A stretch of DNA of 64,000 bases from Tubulanus polymorphus (lineage: Eukaryota > Animalia > Nemertea). The notes below the pieces were generated by a model. The model ran no database searches and was not told the origin of the DNA. It saw only the letters and a list, made by a program, of their open reading frames with translations. A program made the position numbers and the translations under genes. Positions 24,801-36,833 of this stretch are shown here, piece after piece. Location: positions 22,626,345-22,690,344 of the forward strand of contig NC_134028.1 in assembly GCF_964204645.1 (NCBI RefSeq), written 5' to 3'. Within the stretch, counting starts at the first letter, position 1; each line of letters opens with the position of its first letter.

Positions 24801-25241
24801 GCAGGGCATTATTCGTGGGGACATTGGTCGAAATGTAGTGCAACCTGCGGTATTGGAAGTAGAAAACGATATCAGAAGAACAAATGCCTGGGTGGTGACT
24901 ACTGCACAGGAGAAAAGTTGGACATCTCAGAACAATGCTTTCATCCATGCAAAGGAGGTAGATTTTAATGAAAAAGATTATCCGTAGGACGTGTTGGTTA
25001 TACCCTGCGAAAGGTAACGCGCCTAAATTCGCGTGTTTCCCTTTTCCTTATTTCAGTGCACGAGGCGTACTGCGACGGTGAAATACAGAACTACGATTTT
25101 TTCTTAAAACTGCACGAAGATCAAGATATACCGGAAAAGCTGGCCGAAAACTGTTACTGGCAAACGAAAGACGGAGTCAGGCATCACATTCACTTTCCGC
25201 ACGGCGTTTACTTCCACGGGGAAGATAAAAACGAATCTTGA
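21820..25241 (+). CDS. Secreted protein (~372 aa): signal peptide - 2 acidic Ser-Gly repeats - (MIB/HERC2-like + TSP1)x2 - His-rich tail
   Basis: 10 exons: 21820-21883, 21955-22008, 22123-22176, 22589-22671, 22782-22926, 23345-23497, 23793-23875, 24473-24617, 24805-24957, 25057-25241. All junctions are GT-AG with an open frame (1119 nt). MIB/HERC2-like motif GTRVIPGSDW...VEVEWDSG...MGQDDTYEL; TSP1 motifs WGEWTKCSAQCGRG and WGHWSKCSATCGIG. AATAAA at ~25270. Confidence 0.85.
23075..23305 (+). repeat. Dispersed repeat (second copy ~35190-35440)
   Basis: Shared CCTGA.GCCCGAAAAA...TTCAACGACTG...AGTTCGCCATCTAG...GTAGGTCAG.CACCTGTGA.GTGAC...ACATTGCCATGGAGTG. Confidence 0.75.
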
Positions 25242-26052
25242 GTAGATATAGTTTGTTTATAGTTAACCGAATAAAATAACATGTGCTTCACGTGTATCGT
25301 GGAAAAACCGATACTTCTTTCGTTTGTCTTTCTATATTAGAGCCTTTCCATTGTAATCATAAGTCATTTGTAAATTTGTGATGGGTTTCAACATTCAGTT
25401 AGAATCGTCTTTGTTAGTTAAGAATGACCGTCTTTTGGTCATTAAAAAAAAGGATTTCCATCGTAGAACCAATGATCGTTCGTTGAAACCGATATTCGAT
25501 TCTGCTGACTCGTAATTTTGTAACAGAACTCTTACAGAGTTGCTTACCATAGACAAGTGACTATCCCATTCAAATGAGGTATAAAACTTACATTCCGAAG
25601 TAAAACTAACAGAGGATTTTGACGTTTCGGCTCAAATGATACGAGCCATTTTTAAAGCAGATTTTTTTGTCCTGAAAATAGCCCATAAAATCGAAACGTC
25701 GTTATCCACTATTAATTTCACTTCGTTTTGTAGGATTTTCTTTAATGCTCACTGCATGATTTGATTCCACAAATTTGGGCCTTATAATGACAGACCATGC
25801 ATGTAACCTAAAACGATCAATTAAAAAAGACTCATCAATTCTACTCCGGCGAACGTTGTCGGCTCTTGCTTTAGATGTCTACGTGTGTTTGCTTGAATGA
25901 TTAATATGTGGATAAACATTTGAAATCAATCTGTGTAATCAGCTGTGACGATTTAACGAACACGCGAACATTACTACTGACTGGGAAAGGCATTTCAGAT
26001 CCAACACGCACATCACTAACTAACTTGCGCGCAGATCTCCATAAACGACATT

Positions 26053-26624
26053 ATGAGGGTTTTTATCGGTGTGTTTATTTTGGGTAAGTGACCTTCGTTG
26101 TTTGTTTCCGTAGACCTGTCTATAATTCAATTGAAAAAGAATCCGTAATTATTAAGAGAAACTATGGGTTAAATGACGTTTCGACCGAAATCAAAGAGTC
26201 ATTTTCGATGACTGTCAGTTTTGGAAAAGGCCAATGGAATTGAGTCGACTATGCTCTCATAGTTTTTCGTTATGAGTTTTCTTTCAACCAGAACTGTTAT
26301 TTGGTGTATCGAGTGGATCATGATAGGACTAATTTCCGTGGTTATCGATCTACTTACCCCACAAATATGAATGTAAATGATACTCAAGCGACCGACGCGA
26401 TAATACTCTTTCATTTTGTAGTCGTTTTAGAATGTGTAAGTACCGACGCTCAAAGGGATCCTCAGTTTTGCAATCGTTTCTGTCAGTCTGACACGAATGT
26501 TGCGCGCTGTTTGAAGAGTTGCCAATTCGCCGTCGACTGCGAGAACCAATGCCGTCCGAAACTCGATACACCCGAATTCTCAGCTTGTTGGTCGGAATGC
26601 GCTTCGAAAGAACACAAAAACTGA
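26053..26624 (+). CDS. Small secreted cysteine-rich peptide (77 aa, 4x CX3C), toxin/defence-peptide-like
   Basis: Exons 26053-26083 and 26422-26624 (phase-1 intron within the signal peptide) give MRVFIGVFILVVLECVST-DAQRDPQFCNRFCQSDTNVARCLKSCQFAVDCENQCRPKLDTPEFSACWSECASKEHKN*; AATAAA at 26641. Confidence 0.8.
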
Positions 26625-27365
26625 CCCACAATTACAACCGAATAAACGAAAAATTAAGTCATCAATCGATAGTTAACTTTTTACTGCATTCGCATCTTGA
26701 CTTAGTTTACATCATGAAATAAACGAGGATTTTCTTACGTTGTCTAAGTCGCGTTGTTTGAAACAATCTTCTTAGGTGTCATCATACGCGATATGATTTC
26801 CAGTACGATACGGGAAACATAATCTACCGTAAAGCTATAACGATTCGTATTAACACTCGTCTTTATCTTCAAAGGTAACGAAGGCTGATCGTGATGTGAA
26901 GAAATGGTCTAGAATCTGAAATCGAGCTTTTGGGACGTAAGAATCTTTACAAATAGTAGAATGTACACACCATGCATAACTACTGAGTGATTGAAGTATC
27001 CATGGGCAGATTCAGGGGTAGACTTCGACAGAAGCACAGAGAAATAAAAAGGGCGTATAATATGCTGAACAAAGCAAAACAAATGTCTGAAAATTTCGGT
27101 GCATTTTCATACAATTTCTAGCACTCGGGGGACATTTTAAAGAGAAAATAAGCTAAATCTTGCGCTGCGGACTGCTGTCTTATTAAATGCGGGAAAAGAG
27201 CCATGAAAAATGTCACCTTCGTATTTTCAAAGGGCATGGGGAAATTGCGACTATATAGCACGTGCTGCTTGTACTCCTGTGTGAATCCGCCCCTGATTCC
27301 TTGAAGCAATTACAAGAAAACATAAACATTCATCTAGGTTTATGTAGAGAGCAAGGAGAGAAACA

Positions 27366-28343
27366 CTACTTCATTAGTTCCAGTTTTACTTGATTGGTGA
27401 TACTTTGAATTTCTCGCCGAAACGCGTCCAACGTAGAGATGTAGATAAGGAAATTTACGGCATTGTTTCCAAAGGAGAAAATACCGGACATATTTTTTAC
27501 CACCCCGGCGTGCCAGTTAAAGCACACGGATGAATGCGAAGTGATTGTGTAGCTGAAAATTATTGAAATGATGAGCGGAGAAGCGAATGTGACGTTTGCC
27601 ACTAGAACACTGACAAGTGTAGGGATACATCGAGACGACTTGCCGTTTTGATTAACCGGTGTGACTTTGCGCGTATTGACTAGTGCGTGGCTTATTGCGA
27701 CCAAACAGGAGACGTTCCCGACCCACGGGATGAAATAGTCGACGATAAGATGTAAACAAACAGTGAAAATGCGAACAACAAGTGAGAGATGCCTTAGATG
27801 GTCGAAAACACATACGAAATAGCCTTCGGAATTGCCTATTCCAGATCCGTTTGTGACATTCGCTGCATTTAAAGCGACCAAAACGAACGCTGAAAACATG
27901 GTAACGAATCGAATCTTCGTCGTGAAGTAGAAATGTTTACAAAAAGGATGAATAATGACGATAGCTCTTTCTGTAGAGAAGATAATGACGATCCAGGCAG
28001 AAAGTCCAGCGCTCGTTACCGTCGAGAACATCAATATCTTACACCATATTCGTGAAGGATTTATTTCTAAGACCGAGTGAATCCTAAACGAGAATCCTAA
28101 CTGAGATAGAAATTGATAAGTGCCCGCCCACAGGGCCACGCAATCCGTCATCGCTAGAGGAGTCAGATATTGAACAGCCCATGATTCTAGTTTGCGACGA
28201 ATTCTGAATAGAATGACGAGCGAAAGAAGATTGCCGACGGTACCAAACACGAGACTGATCGACGAGTAAACGACAGTGCAGATGAATAGACGATGTTTCC
28301 AGTATTCTGACAGACAAAGCGCCGAACTATTGAAACCACGCAT
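27366..28343 (-). CDS. Class A (rhodopsin-like) orphan GPCR, FMRFamide-receptor-like/chemosensory type, paralog 1; intronless
   Basis: Seven hydrophobic segments; GTVGNLLS (TM1), LAMTD (TM2), WCK, ERA (DRY variant), NFLIY (NPxxY variant). First ATG shared with paralog 2 (MRGFNSS). Confidence 0.88.
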   Translation of the reverse strand: MRGFNSSALCLSEYWKHRLFICTVVYSSISLVFGTVGNLLSLVILFRIRRKLESWAVQYLTPLAMTDCVALWAGTYQFLSQLGFSFRIHSVLEINPSRIWCKILMFSTVTSAGLSAWIVIIFSTERAIVIIHPFCKHFYFTTKIRFVTMFSAFVLVALNAANVTNGSGIGNSEGYFVCVFDHLRHLSLVVRIFTVCLHLIVDYFIPWVGNVSCLVAISHALVNTRKVTPVNQNGKSSRCIPTLVSVLVANVTFASPLIISIIFSYTITSHSSVCFNWHAGVVKNMSGIFSFGNNAVNFLIYISTLDAFRREIQSITNQVKLELMK

Positions 28344-29288
28344 TCGAACGACGTCATACACAAAAATACACCACTGATTCGTGCGGCTAATAAGTCGTCA
28401 TACCCTGCTGGCCAGTCATATCGTTTCACTGTTGCTATCCCATCGATAACGATATCGCGACACTTTATACATCAAGGTATTGAAGCACAGTTTGATATCA
28501 AGATAAAACTAATATGTTTACTTACTTGAGTATGAGATTACTTAACAGTTCAAGTATACACTTTTTGAAAACCTGTTGCGATAAGTGAGATAGCCGAGCA
28601 CGACGAGATATTTGCAGTACAAAACTCAATTTTTATTTGCAGAAGGACAATATGTAGCCTATACATAACATCAAAATGTATAATAAAATCCTCAGGCATA
28701 TTAAAGATTTTGAAGGCAAAATTTATTTCAGGTCGAAATCAAATAATATATAAAAGAATGTATGACTATTTAGTTTCTGTCTCAGTAGTTTCCTATTTTG
28801 TTGATAAACGAGAGAGTAAAGATGAACAAGAATATGTAGAATCTACAGGGAAGAATTTAAACTGAATTCATATACAGAGCCGGTACTCAAAATGTACAAA
28901 GATTGTGATATTCCGCCGGGTCTGCGTGGAGATCTTTTTGCCGAACTTATATTCAGCGAATGTAACCAGTTCAATGGTAATTTTCTGCGCAGTCGTGACT
29001 CATATCTGAAAGTTGTATTCTATCTTAACAACACTCGTCATTAACCTGCTGAACTTGCTAAATCATCTAAGGCGCAAGCCCGGTTATTTATTGTTGTGAT
29101 ATTTTGTGTCTGTCTTATAGCACATAGATCAGAATCTAATATAAAGAAATGTGAATGCTAATTTTCTTATACTTCTCAAAGGCAAGATAAAGTTCTTGAG
29201 ATACGTAGGTCTCTTGATATTGATGGAGAGACAAGTATATAGAATACAAGGAACATAAATATCACATGCGTCTTTCAGTCATTTAGAC

Positions 29289-30299
29289 CTAAGTATAAAA
29301 ATCTAAAACGAACTTATCGTCACTAAACTTCACCAGTTTAAGTTTAACACGATTAGTAATATTATGGAGTTCTCGTCGAAACGCGTCCAACGTGGAAATA
29401 TAGATAAGGAAGTTAACGGCATTGTTTCCTAACGAGAAAACACCGGCGATATTTTTTGCGACCCCGGCGTGCCAATTAAAGCACGTAGATAACTTCGAAA
29501 TGATGGCGAAGAGTGTTAATGCTACAATGAGCGGAGTAGCGAATGTGACGTTTCCCACGAGAACGCTGACAAGTGTAGGGATACATCGAGACGACTTACC
29601 GTTACGATTTACAGGTGTTACTTTGCGCGTATTGACTAGTGCATGGCTGATCGCGACCAGGCAGGAGACGTTCCCGACCCACGGGATGAAATAATCTACC
29701 ATTAAAAGTGAATACACACTGTGCATGCGAACTACTGCTGGCCGTCGTCGCAACGGGTCAAAGGCACATAGAAAGTAGCCGTCCAAATTAATGACCTCAG
29801 TTCCGTAAGCCATATTTGCACCGTTGGACTTCGTCAAGATAAATGCCAAAAACATGGAAATGAATCGAATCTTGGACGTAAAGTGAAAATTTCTACGAAA
29901 AGGGTGAAGAATGACGATAGCTCTTTCCGCAGAGAGGACGATGACGATCCAGGCAGAAAGTCCAGCGCTCGTTACCGTCGAGAACATCAATATCTTACAC
30001 CATATTCGTGAAGGATTTATTTCTAAGACCGAGTGAATCCTAAACGAGAATCCTAACTGAGATAAAAATTGATAAGTGCCCGCCCACAGGACCACGCAAT
30101 CCGTCACCGCTAGAGGAGTCAGATATTGAACAGCCCATGATTCTAGTTTGCGACGAATTCTGAATAGAATGACGAGCGAAAGAAGATTGCCGACGGTACC
30201 AAACACGAGACTGATCGACGAGTAAACGACAGTGCAGATGAATAGACGATGTTTCCAGTATTCTGACAGACAAAGCGCCGAACTATTGAAACCACGCAT
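29289..30299 (-). CDS. Class A orphan GPCR paralog 2; intronless
   Basis: Same motifs as paralog 1; tandem duplicate ~2 kb away. Confidence 0.88.
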   Translation of the reverse strand: MRGFNSSALCLSEYWKHRLFICTVVYSSISLVFGTVGNLLSLVILFRIRRKLESWAVQYLTPLAVTDCVVLWAGTYQFLSQLGFSFRIHSVLEINPSRIWCKILMFSTVTSAGLSAWIVIVLSAERAIVILHPFRRNFHFTSKIRFISMFLAFILTKSNGANMAYGTEVINLDGYFLCAFDPLRRRPAVVRMHSVYSLLMVDYFIPWVGNVSCLVAISHALVNTRKVTPVNRNGKSSRCIPTLVSVLVGNVTFATPLIVALTLFAIISKLSTCFNWHAGVAKNIAGVFSLGNNAVNFLIYISTLDAFRRELHNITNRVKLKLVKFSDDKFVLDFYT

Positions 30300-30685
30300 T
30301 TGTAAGACGCGGTTCTTTACCAAAGAAGACTTTCTAGGGTAACGTGTCGTCACTTCCAATCGAGTCGTCACATCGCGAGATAGCTATAGAAATCTGAGTA
30401 TCGACATTTAGCATAAGACGACTTGATATTTTTGTCCTTCTCTTTGAAGTATGAAATGACTGCCTGAAAGCGATATTCAGGTGAAATGTGATAAGATAAA
30501 GAATATACGTAAACATTTCTGAAACAAAAAGCGTGCGCGATAAATTAAATGACCTACATTCCGTCGCAGTATAGTTGAATATGTAAAACCGTTAGTTCGC
30601 TTTTTATTCAATCGTTCACGGAACAATAACGAATATCAAAAAGGCTGACTGAAAGCATGGTCATACGCCGTTTATAGTTCGCGTA

Positions 30686-32980
30686 ATGGATGAAGAAAAT
30701 GATACTGAAATTGGGTTCATCGATGGCGCTGACAAATTCAAATCTGAAAATCAACTGACATTTGACGATATATTCAAGACGGTTGGTGAATCAGGACCAT
30801 TCCAGTGGCTCGTATTTCTAGGATTTTGCGTGTTAGAAGCTGCCGGGTCGTCGATTCTAGTGTTTTTCATCTTAGATGGGGCAAATCCGGGTTGGAACTG
30901 CCCGGGAAATGTGGGCAATTTGTCCTCGCCCGACGTGGCCAATTTAACTGTTAATCAAACTGTCCAACCGTTGCTTTTGAAGGGAGTTTGTTATCAGGGA
31001 AAACCGTGCATAAACTTTACTTTCAATGAAGATTACACGTCCACAATTACAGAGGTACGTATTTCATTTAAATCACTTCCACCTTTACATTCTCCACTTA
31101 TACGCAAAGTGGATCTGTAAATTAGCTTTTGGTTGTCTTTTTATCATACAGTGGACGCTGATTTGTGATCGCGCCTTCATATCAAAATCAATTACTAGTA
31201 TCTTTTTCGTTGGGGTTCTTATCGGTGCCGCGCTCGCCGGACAGCTGAGTGATTTATTCGGCCGTAAGACGGCGCTGCTGGTCGTCTGGGCAGTTGCTAT
31301 GATTGGTCAGATTTGCAGCGGCTTTTCACCCAATTGGCCGGTTTATACAGCAATCCGAGTCATCACAGGGCTTGCATCAGGTAATTTGATAAAATGCGCA
31401 TAATTAAGGTCGATTCCATTGAAACGCCGAATTTACATATGATTTGCATGTACTATTGATCTACAGGAGGCTTAGTTACTGTTACAACGGTACTGATGTC
31501 TGAATACCTTGGGCCTAAGTGGAGAACCATAGCTATTTGTAGATACGGTTGGTCAATTGGGCCACTGTTTCTATCGGTAGTCGGCTATTTCATACGAGAT
31601 TGGCGGAAACTGTCCCTGGCAATTGGTCTGTGGACTTCGCCATTTTATCCCATAGCAATCATGTAGGTTATTCAATATTACACACAAGTATTTCATTTGA
31701 AGTCAATTGGGATGTCTTATACTATTTTGATATTTAGATTTCTCCCGGAAAGCGCTCGCTGGTTGATGCAGAAACAGAGGTTTGAAGAAGCGGAAAAATG
31801 GATCAAAAGAATGGCGAAGTTGAACAAAAAACCATGTCCAGATTTGAGTGTTTTAGAACGTATCGCCGAGTACGAGGACGAACAAAGACAACATCGACAA
31901 AAATACACATATCTCGATTTATTCTATAGTAAAACACTTGCCGTTCAAAGTATCTGTGTAATGTTTGGCTGGTAAGTGCGTGCAGGACATATATATATAC
32001 ATGATTATAGATTCCAAAATTAGTGGAGGATGGTGACATTATACATACACGTATCATATTACATTGGTAGAAAAACTTCCATCATATCACCTATTTCTTT
32101 TTCCTCAGGTTTTCAGCATCACTGATTGCGTACGGTATAGCATCTCAGATGAGTTCATTTACTGGTGTTATCTATTACAATTTACTTATTATGTTCGTCG
32201 GCACATTGTCGACGAGGTGGATCGCGATGTTCGTCATCAAATGGTACCAAATGTTTTAGAACTTGAATAATCAAATTTAAGCGGCAATACACTGTATAAG
32301 TGAAATGAGTTGATTAAGATTTTCACCACTTTTTTTACCGCATATGATATGAATCATCATAATAGGTTGGGACGACGGAAATCCTTCCCTTTCTACATGG
32401 GGACTAACTTCATATGTATGGCTGCTGTACTCATTCTCGACATTCTTGGCGTAGACGAATCGCGGCTTTCTCAAACAATCATCGCTTTGATAGCATCGAT
32501 AACCAATCCAGGAGCTTGGGCCGTTGTTGTGTTGTACTCTGCTGAACTCTACCCAACGCTCATGAGGTTGGCATATCGCTTTAACATGTCGACTCGAAAG
32601 GATATGAGTACTCGTTTAACCATCAATGTTCTTTTTACAGGAATATATCGTCTGGAGCCGGCAACATGGCTTCGAGAATTGGAAGTATAATTGGCCCACA
32701 GATCGCTTTACTTGTAAGCCGAGGATTCACAATCTGAATTAATGCCTGGAACAAAATACGAGCTTTAATAAATCGAAAATATGATACTAAATCATTTTTT
32801 CAGGGGATCTATCAAGTATCGGTACCTTACGCTGTATACGGTATCATTGCGCTTGTCAGTTGCATCGTGCTGTACGTAGTTTTACCAGAGACGAAAGGCC
32901 GCCCTCTACCGGAGGATTTCCCTCCTAGAAAACGTCGAAATAAACCTAAAAAGGAAACGTTCGAACTCCCATCTTCCTAG
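30686..32980 (+). CDS. SLC22-family (organic ion) MFS transporter, copy A, 8 exons
   Basis: GESGPFQW, STITEWTLICD, SDLFGRK, SEYLGPKWR, PESARWL, LGRRK, ELYPTLMR and LPETKG motifs joined by GT-AG introns. Confidence 0.92.
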
Positions 32981-33431
32981 AATCACTTGAAAGCAAATAA
33001 TCAAAATTGTTATATTCAACTCGGACGAAAATAAAAAACATATAATCATGAAAATGATTTGACTCTTGTTCTATTCACAAATCCTGTTAATGAATCCCCC
33101 ATTTTAGACAAACTACATTTTAAGTATTTTAGTATATTGTCTTGAGTATTTTACAGATTTTAAGAACTGATTGGCCTTTGTAAATTATAGATAGGTTTAA
33201 TCTTCTAGCCAGCCTGTGATGACTGAAAATCGAATAGCAAAATTGTAAAAAGGCAATCCTTATCAATACAATACTAATGACGGGGTCAAACCTAAACGTA
33301 TTTAAGTCAATGGATACGTATCAAAAGTCTGATATGAAGATATATAGACATTACGTTCAACTGATAAGATAAAGTAAATAAATATTCGTACTGAAATAAG
33401 TCAGTAGTGCAAGAAAAGCGATGCGCTCAAA

Positions 33432-36400
33432 ATGGAAGACGAAAATGATAGAAAAGCCGTGCTCATCGATGAACAGGAGAAGAATCAGTCTGCAAAGCGA
33501 CCCACATTCGATGATATATTCAAAACTGTCGGCGAATCGGGGCCATTTCAGTGGCTAATCTTTCTTGGATTTGCTGTACTAGAATCAGTCGGAGCGACTA
33601 TTCTCGTATTCTTTATTTTGGAAGCCGGTGATCCTGGCTGGTACTGCCCGAACATTGCCGCCAACGCAACTGGCGTCGCGTACAACTTGACAACAGACCA
33701 CAACGCTACTACTGCTCAACCACCGCCGACGCTTGTGAAGGGGGTATGCTATCTTGGAAAACCATGCGCAAACTTTACATTCGACGGACAGTATACATCT
33801 ACAGTCACTGAGGTATTATTTACTATTCTTGGATTTATATTCTTATTTTTATCAATTTGCTACTGGTTAAGATTCGTTGAGAGGTTAATCATTGTTTCAG
33901 TGGACGTTTCAGTCTCAAGTCTCTTCCACCGTCACACTCTCCAAATGCAAAGTGAATCTATCAAGTTAACTTTTGGTTGTTTTTTTTCTTATCATACAGT
34001 GGACACTGATTTGTGATCGCGCCTTCATATCAAAATCAATCACTAGCATATTCTTCGTTGGCGTTCTTATTGGTGCTGTACTCGGCGGGCAGCTGAGTGA
34101 TTTATTCGGCCGTAAGATGACACTACTGGTCGTCTGGGCGGTGGCAATGATTGGGCAAACTTGCAGCGGATTTATACCCAATTGGCCGGGATATGCGGCA
34201 GTCCGATTCGTGACTGGAACCGCGGCAGGTGATTTTCAGAAATTTTCGGCAATCAAAGTTATTTGCATTAAGATATACAGTATTTGACAACAGGTTATGT
34301 TTATCCATATTTTCCTCACACCTAGGAGGTATAGTTGCTGTGACCACGGTATTGATGTCTGAGTACCTAGGTCCAAAATGGAGAACGGTGATCGCTTACA
34401 GATTAGGTTGGTCAATTGGGCCACTGTTTCTATCGGTAGCCGGCTATTTTATTCGAGATTGGCGGAAACTGTCCCTGGCAATTGGTCTTTGGACGTTACC
34501 GTTTTATCCCATAGCAATCGTGTATGTAATTATATATGTTTGAATCAATAAAAGAAAGATGTAAATTCCCGGTATTTAAAGTTCTAAAATTGTGCGACTT
34601 GACATTTAGATATCTCCCAGAAAGCGCTCGTTGGTTGATGCAGAAACAGAGATTTAAAGAAGCCGAACGGTGGATCGAAAGAATGGCAAAGTTGAACAAA
34701 AAACCATGTCCAGATTTGAGTGTTTTAGAACGTATCGCCGAGTACGAGGACGAACAAAGACAACATCGACAAAAATATACATATCTTGATTTATTCTATA
34801 GTAAAAAACTAGCTTTGCAAAGTCTTTCTGTAATGTTCGGCTGGTAAGTGTTGACTTACCTTCTAGTGTTTGCTAACCTTACTCTTATCATGAATGCACA
34901 TTAATAAAAAGTCTTATCCTTTTTCTAGCTTTATATCGAAACTATATATTTTTGATACATATAATTCAAACAAGTATGCCCTATCATTATTCAGGTTTTC
35001 ATGTTCGGTCATATCGTACGGTATAGCATCTCAAATGAGCTCCTTTACTGGAGTTATCTACTACAACATGATCATCATAAATGTCGGCACATTGTCAACG
35101 AGATGGATAGCGATATATGTCATCAAATGGTAAATATTCTCAAATCAAATCCTACAAGAAAAAAACGTTTCGATACTTAATCCATTTTACCTTGAAAAAT
35201 AATCCTGACGCCCGAAAAAAACGATCTTTCGAAAAATCTCGCCACCTATCAGTGTTTGGGAATTTCAACGACTGTAAGACAGCTCTAAAGAATGCCATAG
35301 TGCAGTTTAGAGCAACCAACTTCGACCAGTTCGCCATCTAGCGGAAGATTAGTTCAGTAGGTCAGACACCTGTGAGGTGACTTCGCCCATACCTAAAGTT
35401 TTTCGTAGTCACTCCCCACGTTACATTGCCATGGAGTGAGTTGATAAAAGTGGTGTAACATATCATTTAGGTTAGGACGTCGGAGAGGCTACCCGTTGTA
35501 CATGGGATTGATTTGTTTGTGTATGGCTGCTGTACTTATTCTCGATATTCTCGGCGTGGACGAGACGCGACTTTCTCAAACGGCCATTTCCCTAGCAGCA
35601 TCAATAATCAGTACTGGAGCCTGGGCTGTCGCCCTGCTTTACTCGACTGAACTCTATCCAACACTAATGAGGTACGTGAATATACTTCGCTTTGACCATA
35701 TGTTGAAACGCTACTGAGTCCGTGTTTAAAGGTGATATAAAATACCTCAGTTAGAAAGAAAAGTATTTCCTTGAACTAATGGTTTATTATCGACCATTTG
35801 ACGATATCCTTCAGGATTACATTTCGCTCAAGGAAACATCTCGGACTCGTTTCTCTTCTCAATTGCGATTTTACATTGTCATTTCATATCATTATTCTTG
35901 TGCCCATAATTGTATACATCTTATAGACTTTCTCGAACCAAAAGAGACAATAATCTGACGAACCATACTTATTTCAGAAATGTTTCCACTGGTGCCGGCA
36001 ATATGGCTGCACGGATTGGCAATATAGTAGCCCCACAAATCGCCCTATTAGTAAGATATGTCCTGAAATGCTTAGCTTCATGCAAACCATATGATTTAGC
36101 AAATAACCCACAGTATATATGTAGAAAAGTTTCTAACAGTTTTGGGGTTACTTCCAAACCCCATCCGCAGAGAAATGATACATCATCATTTTAGTTTCCT
36201 TGATGATGGGGTTTAGAAGTAACCCCGAAACTGTTAGAAAATATAGTTTTCTACGTCCTACTGTGGGTTCTTATTTGTTAACTCTATACTGAGATTAATA
36301 CCAGTTCGCTATAACCAAATGGATTTATCATTTGATATACGGTTCATTCTTTTTCAGGAAAGCTACCACGTGGCCGGGCCGTACGCGTTATATGGCGCAC

Positions 36401-36537
36401 TCGCACTTGTAAGCGTTATCGTGTTGTACGTAGTTTTACCGGAGACGAAAGGACGCCCCCTGCCGGAGGACTTCCCTCCTAGAAGACGTCGAAACAACTG
36501 GCGTCAAGCCGAAACGATAGAACTTCCGTCTTCATAG
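33432..36537 (+). CDS. SLC22-family transporter, copy B, 8 exons
   Basis: Same motifs and exon structure as copy A. Confidence 0.92.
35190..35440 (+). repeat. Dispersed repeat, copy of 23075-23305
   Basis: Direct sequence similarity to the 23075-23305 element; lies in an intron of SLC22-B. Confidence 0.75.
36108..36300. repeat. Inverted repeat of Penelope-type termini with two decayed hammerhead-like cores
   Basis: CCCACAGTA..GTAGAAAA..TTCTAACAGTTT.GGGGTTACTTC..AAACCCCATC is mirrored by GATGGGGTTT..GAAGTAACCCC.AAACTGTTAGAA..TTTTCTAC..TACTGTGGG. Each arm has a mutated CUGAUGA/GAAAC core. Confidence 0.65.
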
Positions 36538-36833
36538 AGATATCGTATATGAATTTCTTTGGAAAAAAATTGTGTGTTTCGTATAAGATGAAGCACAATG
36601 TTGAGAAAATGACATGGATTTCATCGGCCTTTTAATCTATTGTAACTATCATAACTATTATTCTTATTATTCCCTATCATTACACACGAATGTATATTCA
36701 ATAACGAATTCAATAACCAGTTGATGGAACTATTCCGTGTTGTGGCGATATATAGAGAATCCCATACTAATAAAATGGAAATAAAGTCCGAAAAGTTCCT
36801 GTATACCTAGTATTCCTGAAGATGATTACTAGG

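Noticed and set aside
27001-27295. hAT-like MITE (CATGGGCAGATTCA / TGAATCCGCCCCTG)
   Set aside because: TIRs are imperfect and no 8-bp TSD is visible; too weak to list as a feature.
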